NCBI RefSeq assembly: GCF_963921235.1
Contig: NC_086097.1
Span: forward strand, 32,180,001-32,244,000
DNA: 64,000 nucleotides
Direction of reading: 5' to 3'
Origin: Mobula hypostoma
Lineage: Eukaryota
Each line of letters begins with the position of its first letter. Position 1 is the first letter of the stretch. Under the pieces are notes generated by a model that saw only the letters and a list, made by a program, of their open reading frames with translations, was not told the DNA's origin and made no database searches. A program made the translations under genes and the position numbers. This document shows, piece after piece, positions 43,552-55,934 of this stretch.

Positions 43552-44944
43552 CTGTCAGCAAAGGAGGGTCAGTACACCAAGGACACAGTCCCCTCAGAGC
43601 TGAAAGACGCACGGGCTGGACAACAACACAGGAGGCTGCTCAACCCATCAAGCCCCTGCTAGCCCCTTGGAGCAACCAATCACTCCCATTCCCCAGTAAC
43701 CGATTCCTCCCCACTTGCCCTCTGATTCCACCCTTCACCCACATACTAAGTTATGGTCTTAATTCACAGAGATTATACTCTGGACCCCGTGTTTCCTTGG
43801 AGAGTCGGAGGAAACCGAAGCTCCCAGGGATGGGGAGAATGTGCAAGCTGACACGGACAGCAGCAGAGGTGGGGATCGAACCTGGGTCTCCAGAGCTGTG
43901 AGACACTGGGTTGCCCCCACCCCACAGTTTCAGGAGGCAATGGACAGGCAAAGCACCTGGGAAGGGCAGGAATGACACCACGCCCAGACTGCGCTGACCC
44001 CAGGCACTGTCTGGTACAACACATGGGGAGGGGTCCTTCACCAGAAGGGATGCCACAGTTCAAAGAGTCAGCCAACCAACCCACCCCCCCACCTCCCCAG
44101 GGGGGCAGCTAGACATAAGACACAGAATTAGGCCGTTTAGCCCATCACTTCTGCTCTGTCATCCATCAAGACTGATTTGTTATCCCTTTTAATCCCATTC
44201 TTCTGCCTTCTCCCCGTAACCTTTGATGCCCTGACTAAGCAAGAACCTATCAACCTCCACTTCAAATATACCCACTAACTCAGTTCCACGGCTGTCTGTG
44301 CCAAGGAATTCCAGTCTCTGCTCTAAATGGAATATTCAATTCTGAGGCTGTGCCCGCTGTTCCTACACTCCCCCACTATAGGAAAAATCCTCGCAATGGT
44401 CACTCCATCTAGGCCTTTTAGTATTCACTAATGAATTTGGTAAATGTATTAGAAGAATGAGGGGGGATCTCAATGAGATCCTTGTTAACTCCAGCAACAA
44501 CAATCCCAGAGCTATCAAACACAATTCATTCATTAACCCTTTCACTTCCAGGATCATTCTTGTAAACCTCTGCTGCTCCCAGCACATCCTTTCTTAGAAA
44601 CGGGGCCCACAATACTCCAAGTACGGTCTGAGCAGTGTCTTATAGAGCCTCATCACTACATCCTTGCTTTTATATTCGATGTCCTCTTGAAATGAATGCT
44701 AACACTGCATTGGCCTTTCTTCCCATTAACTCAGCCTACAAGTTAACCTTTAGGGAATCCTGCACTAGACTTCCTAGCCCCTTTGCACCTTTGAATTCAG
44801 AATTTGAATTTGCTCCCCGTTAGGGAGGGGCTGTGAAAGCTGCACAGGACACCATGTGAAGGAAGGGAACAGGGCCCACTGTGAGAGCGGACAGCCGCAC
44901 ACCCGCCAGGGACACACAGTCACCAACAAGGAGCTGCCACCCAC

Positions 44945-45067
44945 CTGTCGGTTCGTCAGATGCTCCTGAATGGGTAAGTGACCAAGGTCTGTGGAGTGGA
45001 GGATGGCCTTAACCGCAGATACATTACTTTCAAGGTTTTTCACTTCAGATTCAAGGGCCTCGATCTC
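44945..45067 (-). CDS. SYNE2: Nesprin exon EIEALESEVKNLESNVSAVKAILHSTDLGHLPIQEHLTNRQ
   Basis: 123 nt, phase 0-0, acceptor tttctctggcag|, donor CAG|GTGGGT. Confidence 0.92.
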
Positions 45068-45124
45068 CTGCCAGAGAAACACAATCATTGGTCCAGTCAG
45101 TGTGGTTGTGGTGGGCCAGGATAA

Positions 45125-47100
45125 AGTGTGACTCTCCCTCAGTACCACCCCTCCCACAGTGAGACTACCCCCTCAGTACCATCCCTCAAACAATGTGACC
45201 CTCCCTCAATACCACCCCTCCCACAGTGTGACCCTCCCTCAGTACCACCCCTCCCACAGTGAGACTACCCCCTCAGTACCACCCCTCCCACAGTGAGACT
45301 ACCCCCTCAGTACCATCCCTCAAACAATGTGACCCTCCCTCAATACCACCCCTCCCACCGTGTGACCCTCCCTCAGTACCATCCCTCCCACAGTGAGACT
45401 ACCTCCTCAGTACCATCCCTCCCACAGTGAGACTACCCCCCTCAGTACCACCCCTCCCACAGTGTGACTCTCCCTCAGTACCACCCCTCCCACAGTGAGA
45501 CTACCCCCTCAGTACCATCCCTCCCACAGTGAGACTACCCCCTCAGTACTACCCCTCCCACAGTGAGACTACCCCCTCAGTACCACCTCTTCCACAGTGA
45601 GACTACCCCCTCAGTACCATCCCTCAAACAATGTGACCCTCCCTCAATACCACCCCTCCCACAGTGTGACCCTCCCTCAGTACCACCCCTCCCACAGTGA
45701 GACTACCCCCCCCTCAGTACCACCCCTCCCACAGTGAGACTACCCCCTCAGTACCACCCCTCCCACAGTGAGACTACCCCCCTCAGTACCATCCCTCCCA
45801 CAGTGAGACTACCCCCTCAGTACCACCCCTCCCACAGTGAGACTACCCCCTACCACCCCTCCCACAGTGAGACTACCCCTCAGTACCATCCCTCAAACAA
45901 TGTGACCCTCCCTCAATACCACCCCTCCCACAGTGTGACCCTCCCTCAGTACCACCCCTCCCACAGTGAGACTACCCCCTCAGTACCACCCCTCCCACAG
46001 TGAGACTACCCCCTCAGTACCATCCCTCAAACAATGTGACCCTCCCTCAATACCACCCCTCCCACAGTGTGACCCTCCCTCAGTACCACCCCTCCCACAG
46101 TGAGACTACCCCCTCAGTACCACCCCTCCCACAGTGAGACTACCCCCTCAGTACCATCCCTCAAACAATGTGACCCTCCCTCAATACCACCCCTCCCACA
46201 GTGTGACCCTCCCTCAGTACCACCCCTCCCACAGTGAGACTACCCCCCTCAGTACCACCCCTCCCACAGTGAGACTACCCCCCTCAGTACCACCCCTCCC
46301 ACAGTGAGACTACCCCCTCAGTACCACCCCTCCCACAGTGAGACTACCCCCCTCAGTACCATCCCTCCCACAGTGAGACTACCCCCTCAGTACCACCCCT
46401 CCCACAGTGAGACTACCCCCTACCACCCCTCCCACAGTGAGACTACCCCCTCAGTACCATCCCTCAAACAATGTGACCCTCCCTCAATACCACCCCTCCC
46501 ACAGTGTGACCCTCCCTCAGTACCACCCCTCCCACAGTGAGACTACCCCCTCAGTACCACCCCTCCCACAGTGAGACTACCCCCTCAGTACCATCCCTCA
46601 AACAATGTGACCCTCCCTCAATACCACCCCTCCCACAGTGTGACCCTCCCTCAGTACCACCCCTCCCACAGTGAGACTACCCCCCTCAGTACCACCCCTC
46701 CCACAGTGAGACTACCCCCCTCAGTACTATCCCTCCCACAGTGTGACTACCCCCCTCATACCATCTCTCCCACAGTGTGACCCTCCCTGAGTACCTCCTC
46801 TCACAGTGTCACCCTCCCTAAGTACATCCTCTCCCACAATGTGACCCCCCAGTACCTCCTCTCCCATAATGTGACTCCCCTCAGTACCTCCCCCCCACAG
46901 TATGACCCCCCTCAGTGCCTCCCCTCCCACAGTGTGACCCCCCTCAGTACCTCCCCACCCACAATGTGACCCCCCAGTACCTCCTCTCCCACAATGTGAC
47001 CCACCTCAGTACCTCCCCCCCACAGTGTGACCCTCCCTCGGTACCTCCCCACCCACAGTGTCACCCTCCCTCAGTACCTCCCCTCCCAGTGTGACCCTCC
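45125..47100. repeat. 34-bp minisatellite (cagtgagactaccccctcagtaccacccctccca) with higher-order blocks
   Basis: Fills nearly the whole intron 45068-47171. Confidence 0.97.
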
Positions 47101-47171
47101 CTCCATCCCTCCCCTCCCACGGTAAGTGAGATGAGGGAGCAGGGGGCGCAGTGCTGGGAGAGGTGCCTCAC

Positions 47172-47357
47172 CGTGGTGACAGCCTGGATCTCAGATGCCC
47201 TCTGGGCCAGGCCTTGCTGTAAGGAGATGCCACTGTCCTGCAGCCTGTTGACAGCAGCCATCATGTCGTCGGTGTGGATTGTCACGGACAGCTCTCTCAG
47301 CCTGGAGTTGAGGTCCTGCAGGCTTTTCTCCTTCTGTCTGTTGCTCTCTGCCAGCTT
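47172..47357 (-). CDS. SYNE2: Nesprin exon KLAESNRQKEKSLQDLNSRLRELSVTIHTDDMMAAVNRLQDSGISLQQGLAQRASEIQAVTT
   Basis: 186 nt, phase 0-0, acceptor cccctcatggcag|, donor ACG|GTGAGG. Confidence 0.9.
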
Positions 47358-48393
47358 CTGCCATGAGGGGAGCAAGCAGAGGTGGGGGTCAGAATCAGGG
47401 CAGAGTCCACATCCAGAGAGATGCCCCAACACCCTCACATCCACCCACTACACAGCACCGTGAGTCACAGGGGAGGGCGTCTCCGACAGCAGACTGGCCC
47501 ACAGGATTCAACAAACAACGCTGGGAAGATGCTGGACCTGAGAACCTGAATTGTCGGGAAGGTTTATCCCTGGAATGTAGGAGAACGAGGGGAGATTTGA
47601 CCGGGATATATCCAGTCATGAGGGGTATAGGCAGGGTGAATGCAAGCAGGCTTTTTCCACCGAAGTTGGGTGAGACTAGAACTAGAGGTCATGGGTGAAG
47701 GGTCAAAGGTGAAACATTTAAGGGGAACTGGAGGGAGATTTCTTCTCTCAGAGAATGGTGAGAGTGTGGAACGAGCTGCCAGTGGAAGTGGTGGATGGGG
47801 GTTTAGTTACAAGATTTAAGGGAAGTTTGGATGAGTACATGGATGGGAGGGATATGAAGGGCAATGGTCCAGGTGTGACTGGAAGGGGCTAGGCAGACCA
47901 GGACAGCAAGGACTGCACAGGCTGAAGGGCCTGGTTCTGTGCTGGAGTGCTCTATGAATAAATTTGCCTTTTAGCCGAGGGGGGAGACCCTGGGTCTCAC
48001 CCTTGAGGGTAAGAACCTCTCTCATGAAGGTTGGGTTTTCCCCCGTTAGAGTTAGACAGCACAGCATTAGGCCCTTCTGCCCGTTTGGATCATACCATCC
48101 CGTCTGCCCATATCCGTCTAAACCAGGGGTTCCCAGCCCTGTTTATGCCACGGACCCTTACCATTAACCAAGGGGTCCATGAACCCCGGGTTGGGAACCC
48201 CTGCTCTAAACCTTTACACCTCAAGTGCTGAAACACAGGATCTCCAAGGACTCGGCCTGACCAACATTGGAACTGCCAACAACCGGGGCTGGTGGAGAGA
48301 TGTCGGAGAATGGGGCAGAGGCTGAAGTCTGACCCGCTGTCACCTGCTTGAGGGGCTGAATGGCCTGCTACGGTTGCAGAAGTCCTGACTCAC

Positions 48394-48531
48394 CTGTACT
48401 GTGAAGAGCTGTTTGTTCAGGGACTTGGCTGACGAGCAGTCAATATTCTGGGAAAGCAGGTCCTCTGTGCTCTGAATCCAGGACGTGGCTGAATCTATCA
48501 CCTGCTGGAACTCCTGCAGGCACTCCGGAAT
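48394..48531 (-). CDS. SYNE2: Nesprin exon IPECLQEFQQVIDSATSWIQSTEDLLSQNIDCSSAKSLNKQLFTVQ
   Basis: 138 nt, phase 0-0, donor CAG|GTGAGT; spectrin-repeat helix-A Trp motif; an in-frame alternative acceptor exists at 48513. Confidence 0.88.
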
Positions 48532-48654
48532 CTGCTCCCAAACACAAGCAGCCCTCAGTGCCAATCCCTATAGGGCTAGATATTTCTGTCTATTGTCACA
48601 CACTCCCAGCGCAGGAACAGCACAGGCTATATAATGAGTAAAGATCCCTCTACG

Positions 48655-49215
48655 CTTCCCTGGGTCAGACACAGAGTGAAGTTCCCTCCACACCGACCCA
48701 TCACATACCCCTGGGGTCAAAGACCCTGTCCCAGCACGCACTTCCAACAGGAGACAGAGAGTGAAGCTCCTTCCACACCAATCCATCACACTCTCCCAGG
48801 GTCAGACACAGAGTGAAGCTCCCTCCACATTGTCCCATCATACACTCTCAAGGTCAGACACAGAGAAAAGCTCCCTCCACACTGTCCCATCACACTCTCA
48901 GGGTCAAACACAGATTAAAACTCCCTAAACACTGTCCCATCACACACTCCTGAGGTCAGACACAGAGTAAAGCTCTATCCACACTGTCCTATCACACACT
49001 CCCGGGGTCAGACACAGAGTGAAGCTCTATCCACACTGTCCCGTCACACAGTCATGAGGTCAGACACAGAGTGAAGCTCCATCCACACTGTCCCATCACA
49101 CACTCATGAGGTCAGACACAGAGTAAAACTCCCTAAACACTGTCCCATCAGACACTCCTGAGGTCAGACAGAGAGTAAAGCTCCCTCCATGCACTCTATC
49201 ACCCACTCCCAGGGC
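48655..49215. repeat. About 52-bp minisatellite (ggtcagacacagagtgaagctccctccacactgtcccatcacacactcc)
   Basis: About 10 units, period 52 (48801 to 48853); a decayed relative lies at about 1270-1450. Confidence 0.93.
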
Positions 49216-49419
49216 AAGGGGAGCTCCTGAGGATAGGGCCAGTTAACCTTCTATTCAATTGTATTAACTTTATACTGACAAGATGTTTGTCTCTACAAGC
49301 AGGGGTAACAGCTGGTTCCTTAGAGAAGTGCAATGCCATCAAACCAGTCTATACGGTGACACCAGGGATAGCCGATGCTGAAATCTGATTTTGTGAAACG
49401 TTGATGATGTTTGACAGAC

Positions 49420-52400
49420 ATCACAAGATCACAAGACAAAGGAACAGAAGTAGGCCATTCGGCCCATCGAGTCTGCTCCGCAGCTCCCCCATGAGCTAAA
49501 CTATTCACCCATCTAGTTCCAATTTCCGGCTTTTTCCCCATATCCCTTGATACCCTGACTAATTAGATACCTGTCAATCTCCTCCTTAAACACCCTCAAT
49601 GATCGGGCCTCCACAGCTGTATGTGGCAATGAATTCCACAAATCCACAACCCTCTGGCTAAAAAAATTTCTCCTCATCTCTGTTTTAACTGGGTACCCTC
49701 TAATTCTAAGACTATATGGCCTCTTGTCCTGGACTCACCCACCAAGGGAAACAACCTTTCCACATCTACTCTGTCCAACCCTTTCAACATTCGAAATGTT
49801 TCTATGAGATCCCCTCTCATTCTTCTATACTCTAATGAATACAATCCAAGAGCCGACAAATGCTCCTCATATGTTAGCCCCTGCATTCCAGGAATCATCC
49901 TCGTAAATCTTCTCTGAACTCTCTCCAACATCGGTACATCCTTTCTAAGATAGGGGGCCCAAAACTGCACACAGTATTCCAAATGAGGTCTCACTAATGC
50001 CCCATAGAGCCTCATCAACACCTCTTTACTCTCATACACTATTCCTCTTGAAATGAATGCCAACATAGCATTCGCTTTCCTTACTGCCAATCCAACCTGG
50101 TGGTTAACCTTTAGGGTATCCTGCCCGAGGACCCCCAAGTCCCTGTGCACATCCGAATTTTGAATTTTCTCCCCATCTAAATAATAATCTGCCCGATTAT
50201 TTCTTCTTCTGAAGTGTACAACCGTACATTTGTCAACGTTGTATCTCATCTGCCTTTTCTTTGCCCATTCTCCTAAACTGACTAAGTCTCTCTGCAACCT
50301 TTCCGTTTCTTCAACATTTCCTGCTCCTCCACCTATCTTGGTGTCATCCGCAAATCTAGCCACAAAACCATTTAATCCATAATCCAAATCATCGATATAC
50401 ATCGTAAAAAGAAGCGGCCCCAACACCAACCCCTGCGGAACACCACTAGTAACCAGCAACCAATTAGAATAGGATCCCTTTATTCCCACCCTTTGCTTTC
50501 TGCCTATCAGCCAATGCTCCACCCATTTCAATATCTTTCCTGTAATTCCATGGGCTCTCATCTTATTAAGCAGCCTCATATGCGGCACCTTATCGAAGGC
50601 CTTTTGAAAATCCAAATACACAACATCCACAGTCTCTCTCTTGTCAATCTTATTCGAGATTACCTCAAAAAATTCCAATAGGTTGGTGAGACAGGATCTT
50701 CCCTTCATGAAACCATGCTGGCTTTGGCCTATCTTGTCATGCACCTCGAGGTATTTCATAACCTCATCCTTGAGGATTGACTCCAATATCTTTCCAACTA
50801 CCGATGTCAGACTAATAGGTCTGTAATTTTCTTTTTGCTGCCTCCTTCCTTTCTTAAATAACGGAACTACATTTGCGACCTTGCCAGAGTCTATTGATTC
50901 CTGGAAGATCATTTCCAATGCTTCCACAATCTCCAAAGCCACCTCCTTCAGAACCCTTGGGTGCACCTCATCCGGACCGGGAGACTTATCTATTCTTAGT
51001 CCACTTAGCTTCCCAAGCACTTTCTCTCTAGTAATCTTGACTGTACCTAATTCTATTCCCTGAGACCTCTGGCTATCAGGTATATTGCTCATGTCTTCCA
51101 CTGTGAAGACTGATGCAAAATACTCATTCAGTTCCTCCGCCATCTCTTTGTTATCCATTATAATTTCTCCAGCATCATTTTCAATCGGTCCCGTATCTAC
51201 CCATGTCACTCTTTTACTCTTCATATATTTTAAAAAATTCTTAGTATCCTTTTTTATGTTAATCGCCAACTTCCTTTCATAATTCACCTTTACTTTCCTA
51301 ATGACTTTCTTAGTTTCCTTCTGTAAGTTTTTAAAAGTCTTCCAGTCCTTATTTTTCCCACTAATTTTTGCTTCCTTGTACGCCGTTTCTTTTGCTTTTA
51401 TTTTTGCCTTAACCTCTCTCGTTAGCCACATTTGTGCCATTTTTCCATTCATGATTTTCTTTTTTCTTGGAATATATTTTTCTTGCATTTTCCTTATTTC
51501 TTGTAGGAATGTCATCCAATTCTGCTCTGCAGTCCCTCCATTTAGTTTACTTTTCCAATCGACTTGGGCCAGTTCCTCTCTCATACCACTGTAATTTCCC
51601 CTGTTCCACTGAAATATCGATACACCTGATACCAGCTTCTCCTTTTCAAATTAGAAACTGAACTCAGTCATATTATGATCACTGCTTCCAAGGGGTTCCT
51701 TTACCTCCAGCTCCCTAATCGCCTCAGGTTCATTACACAGCACCCAATCCAAAACAGCCGGTCCCCTGGTGGGCTTCTGGACAAGCTGCTCCAAAAAGCC
51801 ATCCTCTAGGCTTTCTACAAACACCCTCTCCTGAAATCCAGTACTTCCTGACTTTCCCAATCCATTTTCATATTAAAATCCCCCATAATTACCTTGAAAT
51901 TTTCCTTCTGACACGCTTTTTCTATTTCCGGCAGCAACTTGTAGTCCACATCCTGGCTGCTGTTTGGAGGCCTGTATATAACTGCTATTAGTGTCTTTTC
52001 ACCCTTGCCATTTCTTAATTCTACCCATAAGGATTCTACCTCTTCTGATCCTATGTCCCTTCTTTCTATTGATTTGATATCGTTACTTACCATCAGGGCC
52101 ACACCACCCCCTTTACCTACCTTCCTATCTTTCCTATACACTGTGTATCCTTGGACATTCAGCTCCCAATCATATCCCTCATTTAGCCATGACTCTGTGA
52201 TGGCCACAATGACATATCTTTTAACCTGCAGCTGTGCAGCAAGGTCATCCACTTTATTTCTAATGCTGCGTGCATTTAAGTACAGTACATTTAGATCAGT
52301 ATCTGTTGCTGATGTTGCTAAATTTCTATTTTGCAGCAAATTATCCGGTATATTCACCGGCCTGTCCTTCTTGCCATCTTTGCAGCACAGTATTTTTGAC

Positions 52401-53275
52401 TTATTTCTATTTTCCTCTTCTTCGACCCTAACACCTTGGTTTCCTTCCCCTTGCCAACTTAGTTTAGACCCTCCCTAACAGCTATATTAAACAATCCCGC
52501 CAGGATATTAGTACCTTTTGAGTTCAAGTGTAATCCATCTTTTTTGTATAAGTCATACCTTCCCCAAAATAGATCCCAATGATTCAAGAATTTGAAGCCC
52601 TGCCCCCTGCACCAGTTACTTAGCCACACATTTATCTGCTTAATTCTGCTATTCTTACCATCATTAGCGCACAGCTCAGGCAGCAATCCTGATATTATTA
52701 CTCTGGAGGTCCGGTCCTAGCTCCCAGTAATCTTTCTTCAGGACCTCCTCTCTTTTTCTGTCTATGTCATTGGTACCAACATGTACCAAGACTTCCGGCT
52801 GCTCACCCTCTCTCCTCAGAATACTCTGGACTCGATCTGAGACATCCCATACCTTGGCACCAGGGAGGCAATACACCATCCGGGTACCCTTGTCCGGCTC
52901 GCAGAATCTCTTGTCCATCCCCCTTACGATGGAATCCCCTATAACTACCGCATTTCTTCTGGCTCTCTTGATTTCGGCACTGGGCAGAATGCCAGAGTCT
53001 CGTTCACTGTGGTCCTCCTCTGTCAGGTCTGCCTCTTCAACAGTATCCAAAACAATATATCGATTTCTGAGGGGGACTGTCACAGGGGTGCTATCCACTA
53101 CCTCTCTATAGGTAGTATCTATCACCTCCTCACTTTCCCTAATTAGCCGAAGGTCATCAATTTCCATCTCCAGCACCTTAACACGGTCCTTCAGGAGCCT
53201 CATCTCAGTGCAGCTGGTGCAGATGTAATCCTTGGGGAGGCTGGGAGTCTCCCAGGGTCCCCACATCTGGGGACC
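49420..53275 (-). mobile_element. Near full-length CR1 LINE: ORF1 (zinc finger/leucine zipper plus SGNH esterase) and ORF2 (APE plus RT), disrupted
   Basis: ORF1 YICTSC, VIGDSIVRG, VHVGTND, DGLHLN (53266-52459); ORF2 LYLNARSI, IYRPP, MGDFN, SDHN, YLDFQKAFDKVPH, FADDTK (52357-49674); tail (CTTGTGAT)2; several frameshifts. Confidence 0.96.
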
Positions 53276-53439
53276 CTGACATGCCAGGGTTCCTCACGAA
53301 GGTAACAAGCAGGGCTGAAGAAGGGGCAGCTGTAGATGTGGTGTGGCCAGATTTCCTGAAGGCATCTGACAAGGTCTCACGTACAGGTTAAAGCACGTTC
53401 AGGGCTCATGTGTTACGGGACGTGTGTCGACCTGGTTGT

Positions 53440-54122
53440 ATAGTCCTGGTGATCCAGGCCATAAACAACTTACGGAGGACCATCTCAAGAGCAAAACAAC
53501 AATTCTGACTGAGGTTAGGGGCGGAATCAGATGTATATAAGCTCTGGCAGGGCTTGCAGGCCATTACTTCCTACAAAGAGAATCCAAACATCATGAGTGG
53601 CAGCGATAGTTCACACTTCACTCCCAGATTAACTCAACAGTGTTTACCCTCGCATCAAAAGGGAGAATGAAATCACAGCAATGAGGATCACTGCAGCATC
53701 CGATGACCCTGTGGTCTCTGTCGCAGAGGGCGACGTCAGAATGCTTTTCAAAAGTGTGAACCCTTGCAAGACGACAGACCCCATGTTGTACCTGGTAGGG
53801 GCTCTGAAAACCTGTGCCAACCGACTGGCGGGTGTGTTCAAAGGCATTTTCAATCTCTCAATGTTACAGTCAGAAGTTCCCACCTGCTTCAAATGGGCAA
53901 CAATCATACCAGCGTCCCAGAAAAGAAGGGTGGGCTGCTTCAATGACTATCACCCACTAGCACTCACATCTACTGTGATGAAGTGCTTTGCGAGGTTAGC
54001 CATGGCCAGAGACAACTCCTGCCGAAGCAAGGACCTGGACCCACTGCAATTTGCCTATCGCCACAATAGGTCTACAGCAGATGCAATCTCACTGGCCTTG
54101 GATCACCTGGACAATACTAATA
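53440..54122 (+). mobile_element. Rex1/Babar-type LINE internal RT fragment
   Basis: IFNLS...[44 protein letters not shown]. Confidence 0.88.
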
Positions 54123-55751
54123 CTTCAATTCATTGCTGTTCCTTCAGCACTTTGTGTTCATTGCTTGAATTTCCAGCATCCGTAGATTTTCTCTTGTTTG
54201 CACTGTATGCTTTTTTTTACCGATTGTGTACCATCTTGTAAAAATTGTGTATCATTTACATTTATGTTTTTCTTGTGAATGCTGCTTATCTGCTGCTCTG
54301 TGCCTGTGAGGCTGCTGGTTTTTCACTGCACCTCTGCACCCACGGACTTGCGCCATATCACCACAAGCTCAGCTTTGATTCATTTACAACCTACAAATTG
54401 GTAAATGGATGTACTATTGTCATGTGTACAATGACAGATGACAGTAGCAAGATCACTCCTGGATTACCAGGCACTGTTCTAAAACCTTTTAACCTCCTCT
54501 AAGTTTATTCTGACACTTTCCTCCCATGTAGCCCTCTAAGTTTCTTTCATCCATGTGTCTATCCAAGTCTCTCTTAAGTGCCCAGAATATACCTGCCTCT
54601 ACCACCATCCTTGGCAGTGCGTTCTACACAGCCACCACTCTCTGCGCAAAAAACTACCTCTGGCATTCCCCCTACTCTTTCCTCCAACCACCTTAAAACT
54701 ATGCCCCCTCATATTGGCCATTCCTGCCCTGAGGAAAAGTCTCAGGCTGTCCACTCGACCTATGCCTCTTCCTACACACCTCTATCAAGTCATCACTCAT
54801 CCTCCTTCACTCCAAAGAGAAAAGCCCCAGCTCACTCAACCTATCCTCATAAGGAGTGCTCTCTGATCCAGGCAGCGTCCTGGCAAATCTCCTCCGCACC
54901 CTCTCTAAACCTTCCACACCCTTCCTGTAAAGGTATGGAGGCTTCCCCGTACAGGATCGGAAAAGGCTACAGAGGTTTGTAAACTCAGTCAGCTTTATTA
55001 TGGATATAACCCTCCCCATCAATGAGGACATCTTCAAAAAGTGATGCCTCTAAAAAAGGTGGCATCCGTCATTAAGGATGCCCCACCACCCAGGATAAGC
55101 TTCCTTTTTGCGTTGCTACCATCAGGGAGGAGGTACAGGAGCCTGAAGGCACACATTCAGCATTATAACCATATAACAATTACAGCACGGAAACAGGCCA
55201 TCTCGGCCCTTCTAGTCCGTGCCGAACTCTTACCCTCACCTAGTCCCACCGACCTGCACTCAGCCCATAACCCTCCATTCCTTTCCTGTCCATATACCTA
55301 TCCAATTTCTTTTAAAATTACAAATTCGAACCTGCCTCTACCACTTCTACAGGAAGCTCGTTCCACACAACTACCACTCTCTGAGTAAAGAAGTTCCCCC
55401 CCTCGTGTTACCCTTAAACTTTTTCCCCTCAACTCATGTCCTCTTGTTGAATCTCCCCTACTCTCCATGGAAAAAGCCTATTTTAGGAACAGTTTCGTCC
55501 TCTCTGCCTTCAGATTTCTGAACATTACCTTGGTATCTTGCTCTCTTTTTGAACTTTTTTAATTTATTGTATTTGTTATCTATAGGAACGTTTTATGAAT
55601 TGTACTGTTCTGCGGCCAAAACAACACATTTCATGACACATGTCAGTAACGATAAACCTAATTCAGGTTCTGAGGCGACAAGAACTGAACATGATACTGC
55701 GAAGGTAGAGGCCGGTTGAAGAAGGTGGGAGACAAGGCCGCGGGATTTCAC

Positions 55752-55934
55752 CTTGTTGACCAACGCTGATCTCTGCTCTGCCAGCTGAGACACCTGCTGG
55801 TACAGCTGGAAGGAGTCCAGCAGAGAGTCCATCAGCTGCTGGGCCGGCCCTGGATCTTCCTCCGCCAATTCCTGTACGTCGCCATCCAGCTGAGAGAGGA
55901 CAGAGTGCCACGCATCAATCTTACTCCAGATGAG
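55752..55934 (-). CDS. SYNE2: Nesprin exon LIWSKIDAWHSVLSQLDGDVQELAEEDPGPAQQLMDSLLDSFQLYQQVSQLAEQRSALVNK
   Basis: 183 nt, phase 0-0, acceptor gttctttctcag|, donor AAG|GTGAAA; best match to recalled nesprin-2 (WDELDLWHSKLNELDSEVQDIVEQDPGQAQ). Confidence 0.93.
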
